Source: Mobula birostris (Eukaryota). Taken from it: DNA of 64,000 nucleotides. Where the stretch lies: contig NC_092370.1 in assembly GCF_030028105.1 (NCBI RefSeq), forward strand, positions 213,820,005 through 213,884,004, read 5' to 3'. This document shows positions 59,680 to 64,000 of this stretch, in pieces (within the stretch, counting starts at the first letter, position 1; every line of letters begins with the position of its first letter). The position numbers and the translations under genes were made by a program. The notes beneath the pieces were generated by a model that was not told the origin of the DNA, ran no database searches, and was given only the letters and a program-made list of their open reading frames with translations.

Positions 59680-61832
59680 TGGGCAGGTGGAGATGAAGTG
59701 GTCTGGTTGGCCACAGTACAAACAGGAACAGGTGCTGACTTTCCTTTGTCTTTCAGTCAGCATCAGATGGGTACAGTCAACCTTCATAGCTTCAGGCTCT
59801 AGAACGGGGATTGTAGATGAGGGCAAATGGCAGGGTAATGTAGACTGACGATGAATTTGGAACTCACCCAGTGCCCCCAGGGACCCTTTGGAGCCTCTCT
59901 CTCTGTGGCACTGCTGAAGGCGAACATCAATACAGATGGTCAAATTCACCAGGTCTTCAAAGGTGGCAGGAAGGTCCTGGGTGACCAGCTCATCTTTGAT
60001 GTCTTCGGAAAGGCCATTCAGGAAGGTGTCCTACTGTGCCTCCGAGTTCCAGCCGCTGGAGGTGGCTAGGGTCCCGAACTCTGTGGTGTAATCTGACACA
60101 GATCTGCACCCCGGTGCATGTGCAGCATTTCACGGGCAGCCTGTCTCTCATGTTTGGAGTGATGAAACACTTTTCTTATCTTAGAAAATAACTGAAAACT
60201 TATGCAGAAAGGTGAGCCTGCCTCCCAGACAGCTATTCCCCAGTCTCTCACCCGACTGGACAGTTGGGTGATGACGTAGGCTATCTTGGCTCAATCAGTC
60301 AGAAATGTTGTTGGTTGCAATTCAAAAATGAAGGTGTACTGGGAAAGAAAAGAGCGGCAGGTACCAGGCTCACCTGAGTACTTTTCTGGAGGAGGCAGAC
60401 AGGGCCCTTGGATGGGAGGAGCATGTGGGGATGCAGAGGGCAGGGCAGCAGATGCAGTTGCATAATGTTGATGCGGCTCTGGGACAGCTGGAGTGAGTGA
60501 GTCTGGGCCACAAGATCAGCTACATTGGCAGAAAGCGACTCCACTGCCCTGATCACAGAGTCCAGCTGGTTCTGGTGTCTCCTCAGCATCACTCCCTGTT
60601 GTTCCAGCGCAGCTCTCTGACAACCGGGGTCTGCTGGATCCATTCTGGCCAGATTGTACCATGGAGCAGGGATCCTATCACAGACCCAGTACTGTGTACA
60701 TAGTGATATTAATTGAGTAAAAAATCTCCAAGGTGCAAACAAAGTCAGCGTCAAAGTTCAAGCAGAGATCAAAACATCCAGAGAAATCCAAAAACCAGAA
60801 TCGGGAAACAGGCAGAGTCAATATTCAGACAGACAGAGTACAGATACAAATACTGGAAAGGCTCAGGAAAATTCACTGGCACAATCTGGCAACAAACAGG
60901 TGAAAACACAGGACTGAAATACACTGAGCAATAAACAGAGAGGCAGATGATAGGTGGAGCACAATGGGACAGAAGTGGCAGCGAAACAGGTAATAATGAG
61001 AAACAGGTGAGAGGCAGAGTACTCAGTAATACAGGGGCTGGAGTAGAGCAGGAACGGGGACAGGAGCACATGGGGCATGAAAACAAACAACACCACATGG
61101 CAATACAAAACCACAGACTGATGGCTAGTGAGAAAACACACAAAAAGACCAAGTTCAACTGGAGGTACTGACACCACGGAGGTCAGACTAACTGGCCTAT
61201 AGTTTCCTTTCTTCTGCCTCTCTCCCTTCTTGAAGAGTGGAGCGACATCTGCAATTGGAGCATCCGCTCTTAAAGACACCATCACTGATAGAGGAGATAC
61301 TTACAGTTTCCTCCTCCCTTTAGTTGCTTAATTGAACTGTGATTTCTTGTTCATTCAAAACCCCTTGTCAATCCCAATTTTGGAATGCTAATCCTTATTT
61401 ATAAATCTAATCTAATCTCTGTAATTTCTTCTATTCTCTATAACTTCTGTACTCTTAATCTTAGTTTCCTGTGTATCCACTCAGTTAAGTATTCCAACAC
61501 TACTCAGCTCCCAAAGATATAGGTTTGGTACAGCACTCCACATTTCCGATCTCTTTCCAGACTCTCCTCAAGTCAATCACTCTCACACAGTATCTGAATG
61601 TTCAATTTTGTTTAACTTTTCTGTGAAGCACTTTGTAACATTTCATTATTAAAATGTACAATGAAAATGCTTTTTTTTTGTTATTTTACCTTAATTACTA
61701 TAGTTTCAAAGTTCCTATTGTACATGAAGACTGGGCTCTTTGAGTATGACGCCTCAGTGACTTCACTCAGAAAGCAGAATTTGTTTTGGTTTATTATTGT
61801 CATATGTACCACGATACAGTGGAAAGCTTGTC

Positions 61833-62954
61833 CTCACTTCTTCACTTGCAGACCCCAGTCAATTCAGATTGGCAACAATATCATCTCCACAGTCTCCACC
61901 AGCACAGGTGCACCACAGGGCGATGCGCTTAACCCCTGCTCTATTCGCTTTACACTTACGACTGTGAGGCTAGGCACAGATCCATTGCTGACAACACCAC
62001 TATCATAGGCCGAATCTAAGGTGGTGATGAACCAGCATATTGGAGGGAGATTAAAAATCTGGCTGAGTAGTGCCATAACAACAACCTCTTACCCAATGTC
62101 AGCAAGACCAGGGAGATGATTCAGGAGGAGAAAACGGGAGGACCATAAGACAGCCCTCATTAGGAGATCAGAGGTGGAGGGAGCAGGCAACTTGGAGTTA
62201 TTATTTCAGAGGTGGAGGGGGTCAGCAACTCGGAGTTATCATTTCAGAGGATCTGTACTGGGTCCAGTACATAAGTGCCATTACAAAAAAAACTCTACTT
62301 TCTTAGGAGTTTGCAAAAATTCGGCATGTCAACGAAAACTTTGACAAACTTCTATAGATGTGTGGTGGAGATTATATTAACTGGTTGCATCATGGCCTGG
62401 TGTAGCAGCACCAATACCCTTGAACAGAAATGACTTCAAAAAATAACGGATACAGCCCAGTCCATCACGGGTAAAGCTCTCCCCACCATTGAGGACATCT
62501 ACACAGAATGCTGTCACAGGAAAGCATTCATCATCAGGCACCCCACCATCCATGCTCTCTTCTCGCTACTGTCATCAGGGAGGTGGGACAGGAGCCTCAG
62601 GACCCACACCGCCAGGTTCAGGAACAGTTATTGACCATCAAGTTATTGAATCAGAGGGGATAACTTCACTCACCCCATCACTGAACTGTTCCCACATCTT
62701 ATGGACTTTCAAGGACTCATCATCTCATGTTCTCGATATTTATTGTTTATTTATTTATTATTATTATTTCTATTTTTTTCTTTCTTTCTGTATTTGCACA
62801 GTTTGCTGTCTTTTACACATTTGTCCATCCTGTTGGGTGTGGTGTTTCACTGATTCTTGTGTTTCTAACATTTAATGTGAATCCCACATAAAAGGAATCT
62901 CGGGATTGTATATGGTGACATACATGTACTTCGAGAATAAATTTACTTGGAATT
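61833..62954 (+). mobile_element. Rex1/Babar 3' fragment inserted in another LINE tail (about 61785-61832 and 62960-63080, minus)
   Basis: FTCRPQSIQIGNNIIS...STGAPQG; AATAAATTTACTT tail; TTGTC repeat at 61828-61832 / 62955-62959. Confidence 0.8.
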
Positions 62955-64000
62955 TTGTCTTGCATACTGTTCATACAGATCAAATCATTACACAGTCCAT
63001 TGAGGTAAAACAATAACAATGCCCAGTGAAGTATAAAAGCTACAGAAAAAAGTGTAGTGCAGGTAAACAATAAAGTTCAATATAATAATCAATGTGTGAC
63101 AGAGATTAGCCAATCCTATTGGAATGATCCCAAGATTATGAAGCTGTGAGTTCACATTGTTCTTAATGGGTAAACAGTCCAGACACAAATGTACTGTTGT
63201 GTTTGACATTGCAGGAGACCACAAATCTCAGTAAGGAAGAAATTGCTGGCCCTTTAAATAGCACAATTTCAGGCAAAGCAGGGCTGTAATATTTAGCTCT
63301 TCAGTGATTAAGTAAGATCTGCCTCAGGTTTTCAATTGCACTAATTTTTCATACATAGAAATGTCAAGGGCAAGATGTTTTACTTCAGTCCTGATTAATT
63401 GGACATCATTATATCCATTATATGCCAATAAAATAGATATAACTATGATGAATTTAGGGTCCATTGACTGTAATAAATTCTTTTCTCTGCATCAACAATT
63501 AAACAAAGCCATGGATAGTGTAAAAAATTGACATGAATATTTTATACTATATCTGAAGCTGTACTTTTAGATGAGTGTTACTAGTTAACAATGTAATTAT
63601 TTTTCATTTGATATCTTTCAATAACACGTTGTTTATTGGATTGTCTAATAGGAAGACTCCCAGCTTTTCATTTTATATCTGCAAGACAACAATTACATTA
63701 ATCATATCTGAAGGCAGTGCTTCCCACAAAAATTCTAAATGGATGTCACACTAATTTATCTTTGGGTCAAGCACTACCATTGAAATATTCAGTGTGAAAA
63801 TGCATCAGTAAGGCCAGTCACCAACTACTGCATGGAGCACCGATGAAATGGTGGAAAAGCTGAGCAGGAAAAGGAAGTTGACCATCCCACACCACCTATA
63901 AATTCCCCTCAAATTGATCTCGAACTATTCATCACCAGACATTCCTCTGGATCTAATTCTTGGTTCTCTGCCCAGAAGAATTGTGGGAGCACCTTCCTCA

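Larger units (their letters stand above)
52317..61173 (-). mobile_element. Gypsy chromovirus (Tf1/sushi group) LTR retrotransposon, full-length, decayed, with nested insertions
   Basis: LTRs at 60655-61173 and about 52317/52330-52801; gag ATG at 60643 (MDPADPG) and CLYCGQPDHFISTC knuckle; protease remnant LVYSG; RT DEWKTAF...YLVMPFGL...[10 protein letters not shown]; RNase H WTDHKNL; integrase [11 protein letters not shown] and GFHPETNG; chromodomain [15 protein letters not shown]; poly-G PPT at about 52806-52830. Confidence 0.93.

Noticed and set aside
62165-62250. About 38-bp tandem duplication
   Set aside because: A small local duplication inside a decayed Rex-type LINE; no sign of function.
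1-64000. CRISPR arrays, operons, rRNA or true tRNA genes
   Set aside because: The sequence is vertebrate repeat-rich DNA; no repeat-spacer array is present, and tRNA-like boxes belong to decayed SINE heads.

Overview
This is eukaryotic DNA, not prokaryotic. A cartilaginous fish (ray or shark) is inferred from HE1/V-SINE-like tRNA-derived SINEs and the dense CR1, Rex-Babar and Penelope content. I found no host protein-coding exon; nearly all ORFs in the track are transposon fragments or antisense noise. The window is a heavily nested transposon region containing: CR1 LINE pieces; Rex1/Babar LINE pieces; a long decayed L1 (45.8-51.2 kb); RTE-clade pieces; a complete but broken Passer-type pogo transposon (28034-30748) carrying a solo LTR; a full-length decayed Tf1/sushi-type chromoviral Gypsy element (about 52.3-61.2 kb, minus) with nested insertions; a Mag-type Gypsy fragment; further solo LTRs; a Tc1 end; and a 27-bp minisatellite. 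The most notable signal missed by the ORF track is RNA-level. The Penelope-like elements (PLEs) end in a terminal module carrying a minimal type I hammerhead ribozyme (AGTC-CTGACGA-AGGGTCTCGGCCC-GAAA-CGTC-GACT). It is intact at 10522, 39427 and 55167, with about a dozen decayed copies. The module also occurs as a free 135-bp insertion with a 13-bp TSD and as recurrent inverted-pair mini-elements. Hammerheads in PLEs are already known; the mini-element architectures are the part that may be undescribed. Also seen: a self-priming signature and a frameshift hairpin in the sushi-like element, two probable template-switch chimeras, and a repeated YY1-headed non-autonomous LINE derivative. All calls were made by eye, without database searches.
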